DNA of 64,000 bases from an uncultured Gemmatimonadales bacterium (GTDB lineage Bacteria; Gemmatimonadota; Gemmatimonadetes; Longimicrobiales; RSA9). Shown piece by piece: positions 1-10,492 of the stretch. Made by a program: the position numbers and the translations under genes. Numbering within the stretch: the first letter of the stretch is position 1; each line of letters opens with the position of its first letter. The notes beneath the pieces are model-generated. The model ran no database searches. It was not told the DNA's origin and saw only the letters and a program-made list of their open reading frames with translations. Where the stretch lies: contig CAWCRS010000009.1 in the NCBI GenBank assembly GCA_963798085.1, forward strand, positions 281,869-345,868. Direction: 5' to 3'.

Positions 1-2278
1 ATCCGGGGCCTGCCCTTCGAGCACAGTGAACGCCTGGTCAACATCAACCGCGTGCGCAAGGATCGCGGCAACGTGGGCATTTTCGCGCCCGACTTCGCCG
101 ACTGGAGCGCACAGCAGCGCTCCTTCGAGGAGCTGGGCGCCTACGCCGGCACATCCATCACGCTGTCGAGCGGCGACGCGCCGCGGCGCGTGAGAGGCGC
201 GTACGTGTCAGCCAGCCTGTTCCGCGTGCTGCGCGTGCATCCACTGATGGGTCGCGTGTTCACGGATGAAGACGACCGGTCCGGCTCACCTGACATGCTG
301 ATCATCGGCTACGACGTGTGGCAGAGTGATTTCGCCGGCGATCCCGGCATCATCGGCAGGTCCGTGCGCATGAACGGCATCGATGCCGTGATCGTCGGCG
401 TCATGCCGCGCGGTTTCGGCTTCCCCGACACGCAGAGCGCGTGGGTGCCATTGCGCCTGGATCCGGCGCGGACGGAGCGGGGCAGGGGCATGTCGGTGGG
501 CGTCGTGGGCCGGCTGCGGGCCGCGGTGAGCATGGCGCAGGCGACGGCGGACATGGAGGCCATCGCGCAGCGCCAGGCGAGCGCGTATCCGGTCACGAAC
601 CAGGACATCACCGTCAGACTGCAGACCTCGCAGCAGGCGAGACTGGGCCGGGACGAGCGCACCGTGCTCTACACGATGCTGGGCGCCGTGCTGTTCGTGC
701 TGCTCATTGCCTGCGCCAATGTGGCGAATCTGCTGATCGGCAGGGCCATGGTGCGCACGCGCGAGATCGGCGTGCGCACCGCGCTGGGCGCATTCGAAAC
801 TGCGTGTGATGAGCCAGTTCCTCACGGAATCGCTGGCGCTGGCCATCGCCGGTGCCGCCATCGGTGTGGTGATCGCGGCGGTCGGCATCCGCGCGTTCAA
901 TGGCGCGATTGCAGGCGTCAATCCACCGTTCTGGCTGAAGATCGCGCTGGACACGCCGTCACTGCTCTGTGCCAGCGCCGCCACGGTGCTGGCCACGCTG
1001 GCGGCGGGCTCCATTCCCGCCGTGCAGGCGGCCACCGCGAACACGCACGACATCCTGAAGGATGAGTCGCGCGGCAGCTCGAGCTTCAGACTGGGCAACC
1101 TGAGCCGCGTCCTGGTGATGGCGGAAATGGCGCTGTCGGTCGGGCTGCTCGTAGGTGCCGGCCTCATGATCAAGAGCGTGGTCAAACTGGAAACAATCGA
1201 TCTCGGCTTCGACGCAAGGCACACGCTGAATGCACGCATGATCATGTCCGACACCATCTACAACGACCGCGAGCGCCGCCTGCGCCTGGCCACGGACCTG
1301 CTGACACGCGTGTCAGCAATGCCGGGTGTCACCGCGGCCACGCTCACCACGTCCGCGCCGGGCATGGGTGGCGGCAGCAACCTCTTCGCACTGGAGGGCG
1401 TCACCTACGCCACCGATCGCGACTACCCGTCGGCGCCCGGCGCCACTATCGCGCCCGGGTTCTTCGCCACGCTGGGCTTCAGGGTCATCGGTGGCCGCGA
1501 ATTCACGGCGGACGATCGCGACGGCACGCTGCCCGTTGTGGTCGTCAATCAGTCGTTCGAGCGACGCTGGTTCCCGGGGCAGAGCGCGCTGGGCAAGCGC
1601 CTGCGCTTCGGCACCAACATCGCCGGCAACCCGAACCCGTGGATGACGATCGTGGGCGTGGTCCCCGATCTCTATGTCACTGCCGTGGACGAACAGGTGC
1701 ACGAAGGTCTGTACCGGCCGATTGCGCAGGCGGGCCCGCGCGGCCTCACGGTGCTGGCACTGACGCGCGCGAAGCCGGCATCGCTCGTGAATGCGCTGCG
1801 CGGCGTCGTCGCCGATGTGGATCCCAACCTGGCGCTGGATCAGCTGGGTTCGCTCGAGGAAGTCATCCAGCAGGAGAACTGGTACTACGCCGTGTTCGGT
1901 GCGCTGTTCGTCGCGTTCGGCGGCGCTGCTCTCTTCCTTGCCTCGATCGGGCTGTACGGCGTCATGTCGTTCGCCGTGAGCCGGCGGCGGCGCGAGATGG
2001 GTGTGCGCATGGCCGTGGGTGCGGACGCGCGCGACGTGGTGCGCCTGGTCCTGCGACAGGGCATGACACAAACCGCCATCGGCCTCATTGTGGGAACCGC
2101 TTTTGCGCTTTTCGTGTCGAAACTGCTGGCGGCCATCCTCTTCCAGGTGCAGCCCCGCGATCCGGTGATCTTCGCGTCCATCATTGCAGTACTGCTGCTC
2201 ACCGCCGTGCTGGCGTGCTGGATCCCGGCCCTGCGCGCGGCCCGCGTGGACCCCCTGGAAGCTCTGCGCTACGAGTAG
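1..2278 (+). CDS. ADOP-type duplicated MacB/FtsX ABC permease, 5' end outside window, apparent +1 frameshift near 793
   Basis: ORFs 52..1065 and 806..2278 join into one permease ([23 protein letters not shown] / REMGVRMAVGA, C-terminal RAARVDPLEALRYE); removing one T in gca-t-tcg restores the frame. Confidence 0.9.
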
Positions 2279-2424
2279 CCCGGCCCGCCCGTGCGCGCTA
2301 CCGCTGTCGCGCGCGGTTGCCCGCAGGGTGGCGGGGGCGTACGTTGCAACGCCCCGTCGTTGCGATTGTCGGCGCGGGTTACAGCAAATGTCTCCAGCGC
2401 GAGAATCGAGAACATCCACACGGC

Positions 2425-3144
2425 ATGCTGAGCATCCGCGAGGTGTCACGCATCCTGGACGTGTCCGAGCGCACGGTGCAGCGCTGGATCCGCTCCGGTG
2501 ATCTGCCCGCCAGCCGGCAGCGCGAACAGGCACTGATCAATCCCGTCGACCTGCTGGAGTGGGCTTCCGCGCGGGGCGTCGAGCTGTCGCCCGAGCTGAG
2601 CCAGCAGTGGGCCGTGCCCGAGCTGCCCTCGCTCTACGACGCCCTTGCGGCAGGCGGCATTCACACGGACGTACCGGGGCACAGCAAGGACACGGTGCTG
2701 CGCGCCGTGGCCCGGCGCCTGCCGCTGCGCAACGAGGACGAGAAGGAGTTCGTGCTGCAGGGCATGCTGGCCCGCGAAGCGCTCGGTTCCACTGCGATCG
2801 GCGGCGGTGTCGCCATTCCCCACGTGCGCAACCCCATCATCCTGCACGTCACCCGACCCGCCGTGATGCTATCGTTCCTGGAGAACGAGATCGATTTCGG
2901 CGCCCTGGATGGGCAGCCGGTCACGGTCCTGTTCACAGTCGTCAGTCCCACCGTGCGCCTGCACCTGCACCTGCTGTCGCGCCTCGGTTTCGTGCTGCAC
3001 GATGCCGATGTGCGGCGGTTGCTGGGTGAGCGTGCCTCACCCGCCGCCGTGCTGGAACGCGTGCGCTGTGTGGAGGCGGCACTGCCCGGCCGGGATGGAC
3101 TGGACGGCCACGTCTCCACCAACGGGCCGGCACAGGCGAGCTAA
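2425..3144 (+). CDS. Excisionase-type HTH fused to PTS EIIA (PtsN-like) domain; putative regulator
   Basis: MLSIREVSRILDVSERTVQRWIRSGDLPA is an HTH_17-type helix-turn-helix; REALGSTAIGGGVAIPHVR carries the EIIA phospho-His motif; its stop overlaps the next ATG. Confidence 0.88.
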   Translation: MLSIREVSRILDVSERTVQRWIRSGDLPASRQREQALINPVDLLEWASARGVELSPELSQQWAVPELPSLYDALAAGGIHTDVPGHSKDTVLRAVARRLPLRNEDEKEFVLQGMLAREALGSTAIGGGVAIPHVRNPIILHVTRPAVMLSFLENEIDFGALDGQPVTVLFTVVSPTVRLHLHLLSRLGFVLHDADVRRLLGERASPAAVLERVRCVEAALPGRDGLDGHVSTNGPAQAS

Positions 3145-5114
3145 TGCTGCTGGCGGGCGCGTTCCTGGCACTCCTGCTGGGCGCGGTCCTCTCGCTGGTC
3201 TTCGGCCGTGATGCGCTGACCCGCGCCCGACTGGGCGTGGCCGGCGCCGTCACTGCATCGCTGCTGGGTCTGGCCGCCTGCCTGCCCCCGCTCATCTCTG
3301 CCGGCGCCGTGGTCTACCACGTTGCGTGGTCCGTGCCCCGTGGCTCCTTCACGCTGGTGCTCGATCCCCTGGCGGCGTTCTTCCTGCTGATCACGTTCCT
3401 GCTGACACCCCTGACCGCGTGGTACGGCGGGCGCTACCTGCGCGAGCAGGCGCACGCACCGCGCGCCACGTGGTTCTTCTGGAACCTGCTGATCGCGGCG
3501 ATTGCGCTGGTGCTGCTGGCGGGTAACGCAGTGTTATTCCTGGTCGCATGGGAAGTGATGACCATCGCCTCCTTCTTCCTGGTCACGACGGAGGATGAGC
3601 GGCTCGAGGTGCGACGCGCGGGCTGGATCTACCTGATCGCCGCGCACATTGGCACGGCCTTCCTGATGGTGTTCTTCCTGCTGGCCGGCGGCAGCGCGGG
3701 TTCGCTCGATTTCGCGGCGCTCGGCGGCCACGCGCTGGTGGCGCCGGGTCTGCTGTTCGCACTGGCGCTGGTGGGTTTCGGCGCCAAGGCCGGACTCGTG
3801 CCCCTGCACGTGTGGCTGCCCGAAGCGCACCCGGCGGCGCCCAGTCACGTGTCCGCCCTGATGTCGGGTGTGCTGATTGCGACCGGCATGTACGGTATTC
3901 TGCGCGCCCTCGTGCTGGCCGGCCCGCTGGCGCCCGCATGGGGACCGGCCCTGATCGTGATCGGCGCACTGAGCGGACTGGTGGGCGTGGTGTTCGCGCT
4001 CGCGCAGGATGACATGAAGCGCGCTCTCGCATACTCGAGTGTCGAGAACATGGGGATTGCGCTGCTCGGCATCGGCGCGGGCGTGACCGGACTGAGCCGC
4101 GGCTCGCCCGTGCTGGCCGAGATCGGCTTCGGCGCTGCCCTGCTGCACGTGCTGAATCATGCGTGCTTCAAGGGACTGCTGTTCCTGGGCGCGGGCGCAG
4201 TGCGCCAGGCAACGGGCCAGACGGGAATCGACCGGCTGGGTGGCCTGCTGCGACGCATGCCGCGCACCGGCCTCGCCTTTCTCGTGGGGTGCGCTGCCAT
4301 CACGGGCCTGCCGCCGCTCAATGGCTTCAGCAGCGAATTCCTCACGTTCCTCGCGGGACTGCGCATCGTCCGCGACATGCCGCCGGGCACGCGCTGGGCC
4401 GGCATCATCCTGGTGTGCGCGCTGGCCGCGGTGAGCGGCCTGGCCGTGGCACTGTTCGCGAAGTTGTTCGGCAGCGCATTCCTGGGCACGCCGCGCAGCG
4501 CGGCTGCGGCGCAGGCGCGCGAGGCGCACGTCGATCTGCGCACGCCGCTGCTCATCCTGGCAGCCGCGTGTGTGCTGCTGGGTCTCTTCCCGATCGTGGG
4601 CGTGCGTGCCGCGGCCGGTGCGGTGGGGCGGCTGGCGGGGCGGCCGCTCGATACCCGGACAGCCACACTGCTGCTCAGTACGCGGCTGCTGGGTAACGCC
4701 GTGTTGGGACTGAGCGCTCTGCTCGCACTGTGCGCCGGCCTGCGCTGGTCGCTCGTGCGACGACGCGAACGTCAGATCTCCGTCACCTGGGGCTGCGGTT
4801 ATGCCGGGACGGTGGAACGCGCGCAGTACAGCGCATCATCGCTGGTGGCACCACTGGTCGCGTTCCTGGGCGGGGTGCTGCCCAGTGAGACGACAAGGGT
4901 GGCGCCGCCCCACGGCCTGTTCCCGGACACGGCAACGCTGCATGCGGGCGCCGCCGACGTATTCACGCAGCGCATGTACGGTCCCTCCTTCCAGTGGCTG
5001 AGCCGCTCCTTCCGCAGGCTGCGCATCGTGCAGCACGGCCGCCTGCACTGGTACCTGCTGTACGTGTTCCTCACGCTGCTGCTCATGCTGCTGATCGAGT
5101 TCGGCCAATGGTGA
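3144..5114 (+). CDS. hyfB: HyfB-like proton-conducting membrane subunit (Ehr complex)
   Basis: Polytopic membrane protein with FLVAWEVM, GFGAKAGLVPLHVWLPEAHPAAPSHVSALMSG, LAYSSVEN, NHACFKGLLF and TWGCGY. Confidence 0.9.
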   Translation: MLLAGAFLALLLGAVLSLVFGRDALTRARLGVAGAVTASLLGLAACLPPLISAGAVVYHVAWSVPRGSFTLVLDPLAAFFLLITFLLTPLTAWYGGRYLREQAHAPRATWFFWNLLIAAIALVLLAGNAVLFLVAWEVMTIASFFLVTTEDERLEVRRAGWIYLIAAHIGTAFLMVFFLLAGGSAGSLDFAALGGHALVAPGLLFALALVGFGAKAGLVPLHVWLPEAHPAAPSHVSALMSGVLIATGMYGILRALVLAGPLAPAWGPALIVIGALSGLVGVVFALAQDDMKRALAYSSVENMGIALLGIGAGVTGLSRGSPVLAEIGFGAALLHVLNHACFKGLLFLGAGAVRQATGQTGIDRLGGLLRRMPRTGLAFLVGCAAITGLPPLNGFSSEFLTFLAGLRIVRDMPPGTRWAGIILVCALAAVSGLAVALFAKLFGSAFLGTPRSAAAAQAREAHVDLRTPLLILAAACVLLGLFPIVGVRAAAGAVGRLAGRPLDTRTATLLLSTRLLGNAVLGLSALLALCAGLRWSLVRRRERQISVTWGCGYAGTVERAQYSASSLVAPLVAFLGGVLPSETTRVAPPHGLFPDTATLHAGAADVFTQRMYGPSFQWLSRSFRRLRIVQHGRLHWYLLYVFLTLLLMLLIEFGQW

Positions 5115-6018
5115 TCCGCAGCCTGCTGCCGCCGCTGCTGGGCCTGGCCGGCGCGCCCCTGCTGCTTGGCACGATCAACAAGCTGAAGGCCGCGTTCGTG
5201 GGCCGCACGGGCGCACCCCTGACACAGCCGTATCACGACCTGGCCCGCCTGCTGCGCAAAAATCTGGTGTACAGCAGCACGACGACGTGGCTGTTCCGCG
5301 CGCTTCCCGCAGTCTCGCTTGCGGCCGGCGTGGCTGTCGTGCTGCTCCTGCCGGCACTGGGACAGCGCCCGCCGTTTTCCTTCCCTGCCGACTTCCTGGT
5401 TCTGGCCGGTGCCCTGGCGCTGAGTCGCGCGAGCACGGTGTTAGCGGCGCTGGACACGGGATCGAGTTTCGAGGGCATGGGCGCCAGCCGCGAGCTGTTC
5501 ATCGCCGCCCTGGCCGAGCCGGCGTTCTTCCTGGTGCTGCTGGTGCTGGTGACCCGGAGCGGGGAGCTGTCATGGCGGGCATGCTGGGTCCGGCGCTGAC
5601 CGCGCACGGGTCAGGCGAGGCTGCCGCTCTGCTGCTGGCGGGCGGGGCCTTGCTGCTGCTGCTGCTCGCCGAGAACTCGCGTGTGCCGGTCGATGATCCG
5701 ACGACGCATCTCGAGCTGACCATGATTCACGAAGTCATGGTACTGGACCATGCCGGGCCCGATCTGGCGTTCATCCTGTACGGCGCCATGCTCAAGTTGT
5801 GGCTGTTCGCGGCGCTGCTGGTCGATCTCGCGCTTCCGGTGGGCGGCCTGCCCGCGCTGCCTGGCGCGCTGCTCTTCCTGGCGGGCATGGCGCTCAGCGC
5901 GCTGCTGGTGGCGCTGGTGGAGTCGAGCATGGCACGACTGCGGCTGGCGCGCGTGCCCCAGCTCCTGATCGCGGCATCCGTGCTGGCCGCGTTCTCCCTC
6001 CTGCTATCGGCGAGTTAG
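5108..6018 (+). CDS. hyfC: HyfC/HycD (NuoH-like) membrane subunit, apparent frameshift near 5570
   Basis: GRTGAPLTQPYHDLARLLRK and DTGSSFEGMGASRE in one frame; ENSRVPVDDPTTHLELTMIHEVMVLD and ESSMARLR in the next frame. Confidence 0.88.
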
Positions 6019-6019
6019 C

Positions 6020-6664
6020 ATGCAGCCGCTGCTGGAGACCCTGCTCATCGGCATTGTGCTGGTGAACCTGTCCATCCTGGGGTCGAGCCGGCTGGCCGGC
6101 TGCATCCGGCTGGTGGCGGTGCAGGGGGTGCTGGCCGGGCTGCTGCCCGCACTGCTGGGCACCACCGCGAGCGGCGCACGCGCCTTTGTCATGGTCGTGG
6201 TGGCCATGGGCGTGAAGGGGTTTCTGATGCCGTGGCTGCTGACGCGCGCGATCCGCGAAGCCAACGTACGCCGCGAGGTGGAGCCGTTCGTCGGTTTCAG
6301 CGCGTCCGTCGTGCTGGGAGCGCTGCTCACCGCCGCCGGGTTCGCGCTGGCCGCGCAGCTGCCACACCAGGGACCGGTGCAGGCGCCGCTCCTGGTGCCG
6401 GTGGCGTTCGCCACGCTGCTGAATGGCGCGCTGCTGATGGTGACACGGCGCAAGGCGATCATGCAGGTGCTGGGTTACCTGGTGCTGGAGAACGGCATCT
6501 TCCTGTTCGGCCAGAGCCTGGCGACGGAACTGCCCACACCCGTCGAGCTGGGCATCCTGCTCGACCTGCTGGTGGGCGTGTTCGTGATGGGCATCGCCAT
6601 CTTCCGCATCAACCGCGAGTTCGACAGCACGGCCGTGCACCACCTGGCGGAGCTGAAGGACTGA
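6020..6664 (+). CDS. hyfE: HyfE-like membrane subunit
   Basis: Hydrophobic 214 aa with QVLGYLVLENGIFL and ELGILLDLLVGVFVM; operon position. Confidence 0.88.
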   Translation: MQPLLETLLIGIVLVNLSILGSSRLAGCIRLVAVQGVLAGLLPALLGTTASGARAFVMVVVAMGVKGFLMPWLLTRAIREANVRREVEPFVGFSASVVLGALLTAAGFALAAQLPHQGPVQAPLLVPVAFATLLNGALLMVTRRKAIMQVLGYLVLENGIFLFGQSLATELPTPVELGILLDLLVGVFVMGIAIFRINREFDSTAVHHLAELKD

Positions 6665-8100
6665 TGCTGCCGGCGCTCGTGCTGCTTCCCGCGCTGGCGG
6701 GCGTGCTCGCGTTCTTCGCGCGCTCGGCCCGGGTGCGCGCCAACACGCTGCTGGGCGGTGCCCTCACGCACGCCCTGCTGACCGCCGTAGTGGCGTGGCG
6801 GCGGCCAGGACCAATGCTGGGCGGCTGGCTGCAGCTGGACGCGATCGGCCTGCTGTTCCTGGCCATTGTGAGCGTGTTGTTCCTCGTGGTGGTGCTGTAC
6901 CTGGGCGTGCGGCGCACGCCGGACGAGCAAAGGCCGGAGCGCACGTTCGCGGCCTGCCTGCTGTGGTTCGCCGCATCCATGTCCCTGGTGACCATCAGCC
7001 ATCATCTCGGTCTGCTCTGGGCGGCAGTGGAGGCGACGACACTCGCCAGTGCTCCGCTCATTTATCACCATCACAGCCGCCGCTCGCTCGAGGCGGCGTG
7101 GAAGTATCTGCTGATCTGCTCCGTCGGTATCGCGCTGGCACTCATGGGCACGTTCCTGCTGGCTCTGTCGGCGGCGGGCGGCGCCGTGCCGCACGGCGAT
7201 CCGCTGCTGCTCCAGCGTCTGGTCGCCGCGGGACCTCGCCTGGATGGACCCGTGCTGCGCGCCGCGTTCGTGTTCCTGCTGGTCGGCTACGGCACCAAGA
7301 TGGGACTCGCGCCGCTGCACACGTGGCTGCCCGATGCGCACAGTGAAGCGCCATCGCCGGCATCGGCGCTGCTCTCGGGGGCACTCCTGAATTGCGCGTT
7401 CCTGGCACTGCTGCGCGGCTGGCAGGTCGTGGCCGCCGCCGGCATGCAGGCGTTTGCCGCGCGCTGGCTCGTGCTCTTCGGCCTGCTCTCCATGGCGCTG
7501 GCCGGCGCGCTCATCCTGGGACAGCGCGACTACAAGCGCATGCTCGCCTACTCGAGCGTCGAGCACATCGGCATCCTGGCGCTGGGTCTGGGAGCGGGGG
7601 GTGGCGCCGCGTTCGGCGTGCTGCTGCACGCGCTGAATCACTCGCTGGCCAAGGGCCTGCTGTTCCTGACCGCGGGCAACATCCTGCTTGCCTATGACAC
7701 GAAAAGCAGCCGCAATGTGCGCGGTGTGCTGTCCGCCCGTCCGCTGACCGGCGTGCTCTGGCTGGCGGGATTCCTCGCCATCGCGGGCATGCCGCCATTC
7801 GGCCTGTTCCTCAGCGAATTCAGCATCCTGCGCGCACTGCTGGACCAGCAGCGCTTCCTCGTGGCCACGCTGTTCCTGGCACTGCTCGCCGTGGTGTTCG
7901 CGGGGCTGTCCTCCATCATGCTGCGCATGGCACAGGGAAAGCCTTCCGAGGTCGTGCCGGTGCCCGGCCGGGAGCGCTGGAACACGCTGTTATCACCCGC
8001 GCTGCTGGCCGTCGCCGTCCTGCTGCTTGGCCTGTACCTGCCACCCCAGCTCGACCGGCTGCTGCACGACGCCGCCGCCATCCTGCAGGCAGCGCCATGA
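6664..8100 (+). CDS. hyfF: HyfF-like proton-conducting membrane subunit
   Basis: WAAVEATTLASAPL, SLEAAWKYLLICSVGI, GYGTKMGLAPLHTWLPDAHSEAP; TGATG overlap with hyfE. Confidence 0.9.
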   Translation: MLPALVLLPALAGVLAFFARSARVRANTLLGGALTHALLTAVVAWRRPGPMLGGWLQLDAIGLLFLAIVSVLFLVVVLYLGVRRTPDEQRPERTFAACLLWFAASMSLVTISHHLGLLWAAVEATTLASAPLIYHHHSRRSLEAAWKYLLICSVGIALALMGTFLLALSAAGGAVPHGDPLLLQRLVAAGPRLDGPVLRAAFVFLLVGYGTKMGLAPLHTWLPDAHSEAPSPASALLSGALLNCAFLALLRGWQVVAAAGMQAFAARWLVLFGLLSMALAGALILGQRDYKRMLAYSSVEHIGILALGLGAGGGAAFGVLLHALNHSLAKGLLFLTAGNILLAYDTKSSRNVRGVLSARPLTGVLWLAGFLAIAGMPPFGLFLSEFSILRALLDQQRFLVATLFLALLAVVFAGLSSIMLRMAQGKPSEVVPVPGRERWNTLLSPALLAVAVLLLGLYLPPQLDRLLHDAAAILQAAP

Positions 8101-9631
8101 GCACCCGCCGCACGCTCCGGCTGCACAACGGTCAGGCGTTCGATACCGCCCTGCTGCCCGAACTGTCGATCGCCGAATTCACCGGGTTCGTGACCAGCCG
8201 TTGTCGCGAAGGCGAAAGGCTGGTGACGCTCTTCGGCTGGCAGGAACCCGATCCCGCGAACGACCGGGCGCGCACCCGGCTCGCCGTGGTGCTGGCCAGC
8301 GATCAGAGCGGACAGCTGGAAGTGCTGTGCTGCACGGTTGCAGGGCATCAGTACACATCGCTCACGCCCGACGTGGCCGCAGCCGCACGCTTCGAGCGCG
8401 AGATCCGCGAGCAGCTGGGCATCGTGCCAGTGGACCACCCCTGGCTCAAACCACTGCGCAGCCAGCCACCGCTATATCCCGGTCTCCGGCCCCTGCACAA
8501 TGCGGCGGTCGAGATCGGCGTCGACTATCCCTTCTTCCGCATGGAAGGCGAGGCAATACACGAGGTCGCGGTAGGCCCGGTGCACGCGGGCATCATCGAG
8601 CCCGGACACTTCCGCTTCCAGTGCTACGGCGAGCGCGTGTTCCACCTCGAGATAATGCTGGGTTATCAGCACCGCGGCATCGAGCGCGCACTGCTGGGCG
8701 GTCCGCAGCGCAATTCCGCCGTGCAGATCGAGGAGCTGGCCGGCGACACCACCGTGGGCCACAGCATGGCGTGGGCCCAGGCGCTGGAAGCGCTGGCCGC
8801 GTGCGACGTGCCCCTGCGCGCCCAGGCGCTGCGCGCGCTCGCGCTCGAACTCGAGCGCCTGGCCAACCACACCGGTGACATCGGCGCACTCGCCGGCAAT
8901 GTCGCGTTCCTGCCCACGGCGGCCTACTGCGGGCGCATTCGCGGCAGTTTCCTCAACATGACGGCGCTGCTGTGCGGGAACCGTTTCGGTCGCGGCTTCA
9001 TCCGGCCCGGCGGCGTCGCCTTCGATATCGATGGCGGAGATGTGCTGCAGCTGCAGGCTGCGCTCAATGCGGCGAGCCACGATCTGCACATTGCCGTCGA
9101 GCTGTTCTTCGAGACCGGATCGGTCGTCGACCGGCTCGAAGGCACCGGACCGGTGACGCCCGAGCTGTGTCAGGAGCTGGGTGTCGTGGGTCCGGCCGCC
9201 CGCGCCTGCGGCATCGCCCGCGACGTGCGCCACGACCACGCCCACGGCATGTACCGCCTGGCGCACATTCCCACCGCCACCGTGGAAGGCGGTGACGTGT
9301 ACGCGCGTGCCATGGTGCGCTGGCTGGAGATGCAGCGCTCGCTGGCATTCATTCGCGAGCTGCTCGCGGGCTTGCCACCCGGACCGTCCAGCGTGCCCAT
9401 GCCGGGTCTGCTGCCCAATCTGGGCACCATTTCCCTTGTCGAAGCCTGGCGCGGTGAGATCGCGCACATCGCCATGACCAATGCACACGGCCGCTTTCTG
9501 CGCTACAAGATCACCGACCCCTCGTTTCACAACTGGCCGGCACTCGAAATCGCAATGCGCGGCCAGCAGATTCGGACTTTCCGCTCTGCAACAAGAGCTT
9601 CAATCTTTCCTATTCGGGGGCGGATCTTTGA
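8097..9631 (+). CDS. Ehr large subunit (NuoC+NuoD / HyfG-like) lacking NiFe-binding cysteines; apparent frameshift near 9571
   Basis: FEREIRE, VGPVHAGIIEPGHFRF, GYQHRGIE, ELERLANH; the corrected C-terminus reads ISDFPLCNKSFNLSYSGADL*; no RxCGxC or DPCxxC. Confidence 0.88.
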
Positions 9632-9644
9632 ATGCGGAATGCGT

Positions 9645-9790
9645 TGGAGTTGCTGAGGCTGGGGCTGGGGCTCGGGCTGGGGACGAATTGAAATGCGTTG
9701 CCTGGGGGCTGGTTGCTGGGGCTGGTTGCTCGGGAACGGCAGCAACGGATACAGCGTGCAGCTGCCCTGGTAGGGCTGGCACGGGGGACG
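9645..9790 (+). repeat. Degenerate GGGGCT/GGTTGCT repeat block (left arm)
   Basis: ggggctggggctcgggctgggg ... ggttgctggggctggttgctcgggaacgg; similar to the reverse complement of 10361-10480 and to 19085-19216. Confidence 0.7.
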
Positions 9791-10360
9791 GACTGCATGC
9801 GTTTGCGGCGGCTGGTTGCTCCACGGCATCAACGGAAACCGCCCGCACGGAGTTGTTCGGGATGCTGTCTGGGAATGGCGCGGCAGGCTGCCGCCGTCTA
9901 CGCCATCGACGTTCGCACGAAGCGGCGACCAGAGCCATGCTGCCCATGGAAAGCACTGGATTGAGGCTCGACAGCAGCGGGTGGTCTTGCGACAGGCGCC
10001 GGGCCGCGGGGTGGGACCGGGGCGGAAATCGAGACGCGTCGCGGGCGAAGGGTGGGACAACATTGGCTTGCACTGCAGGGCCGTTGCCCGGGAGCACCCG
10101 GGAACATCGTGGAGGTGGCGGACGCGACCTGCGCACGCCTGCACCGAATTCTGTGTTAGTACGATGATCGAGGTTCAGGCCGTGGATCGGTGGCCCGCGC
10201 ACGCCGGGCAGACCCTGAACGCGTCGAGGGGGAACCGTTTGAGAAAGGTCGAACCGCGGCGCCGGTTTTCTTCCGTCGGGGCGCGACAGCGCGTGCGCGA
10301 CACCCGCCTCACGGCAGCCGTGCGCAATCGTGCAGAGGGCGCGGGAGCCGCGCTGTTTCC

Positions 10361-10480
10361 CAGCCCCGGTCCCGAGGTCAGCCCCGGCCCCGGCGCCAGT
10401 GCCAGCCCCAGCCCGGGGCAGGCCGTCCAGTCCGTCTTGCCATACCCGGGCAACCAGCCCCGGCAACGAGTTCCAGCAAC
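10361..10480 (-). repeat. Degenerate inverted copy of the same repeat (right arm)
   Basis: Reverse complement reads gttgccggggctggttgcccgggtatggcaagacgga...gggctggggctggcac. Confidence 0.65.
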
Positions 10481-10492
10481 GACGCCGGCTCC

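Noticed and set aside
2333..2356. REP-like palindrome ggggcgt...acgcccc upstream of the Ehr operon
   Set aside because: Single short GC-rich copy in the window; cannot be distinguished from a terminator or chance
10140..10330. Riboswitch (c-di-GMP, NiCo or similar) upstream of the small subunit
   Set aside because: No consensus motif could be matched by eye; a covariance-model search would be needed
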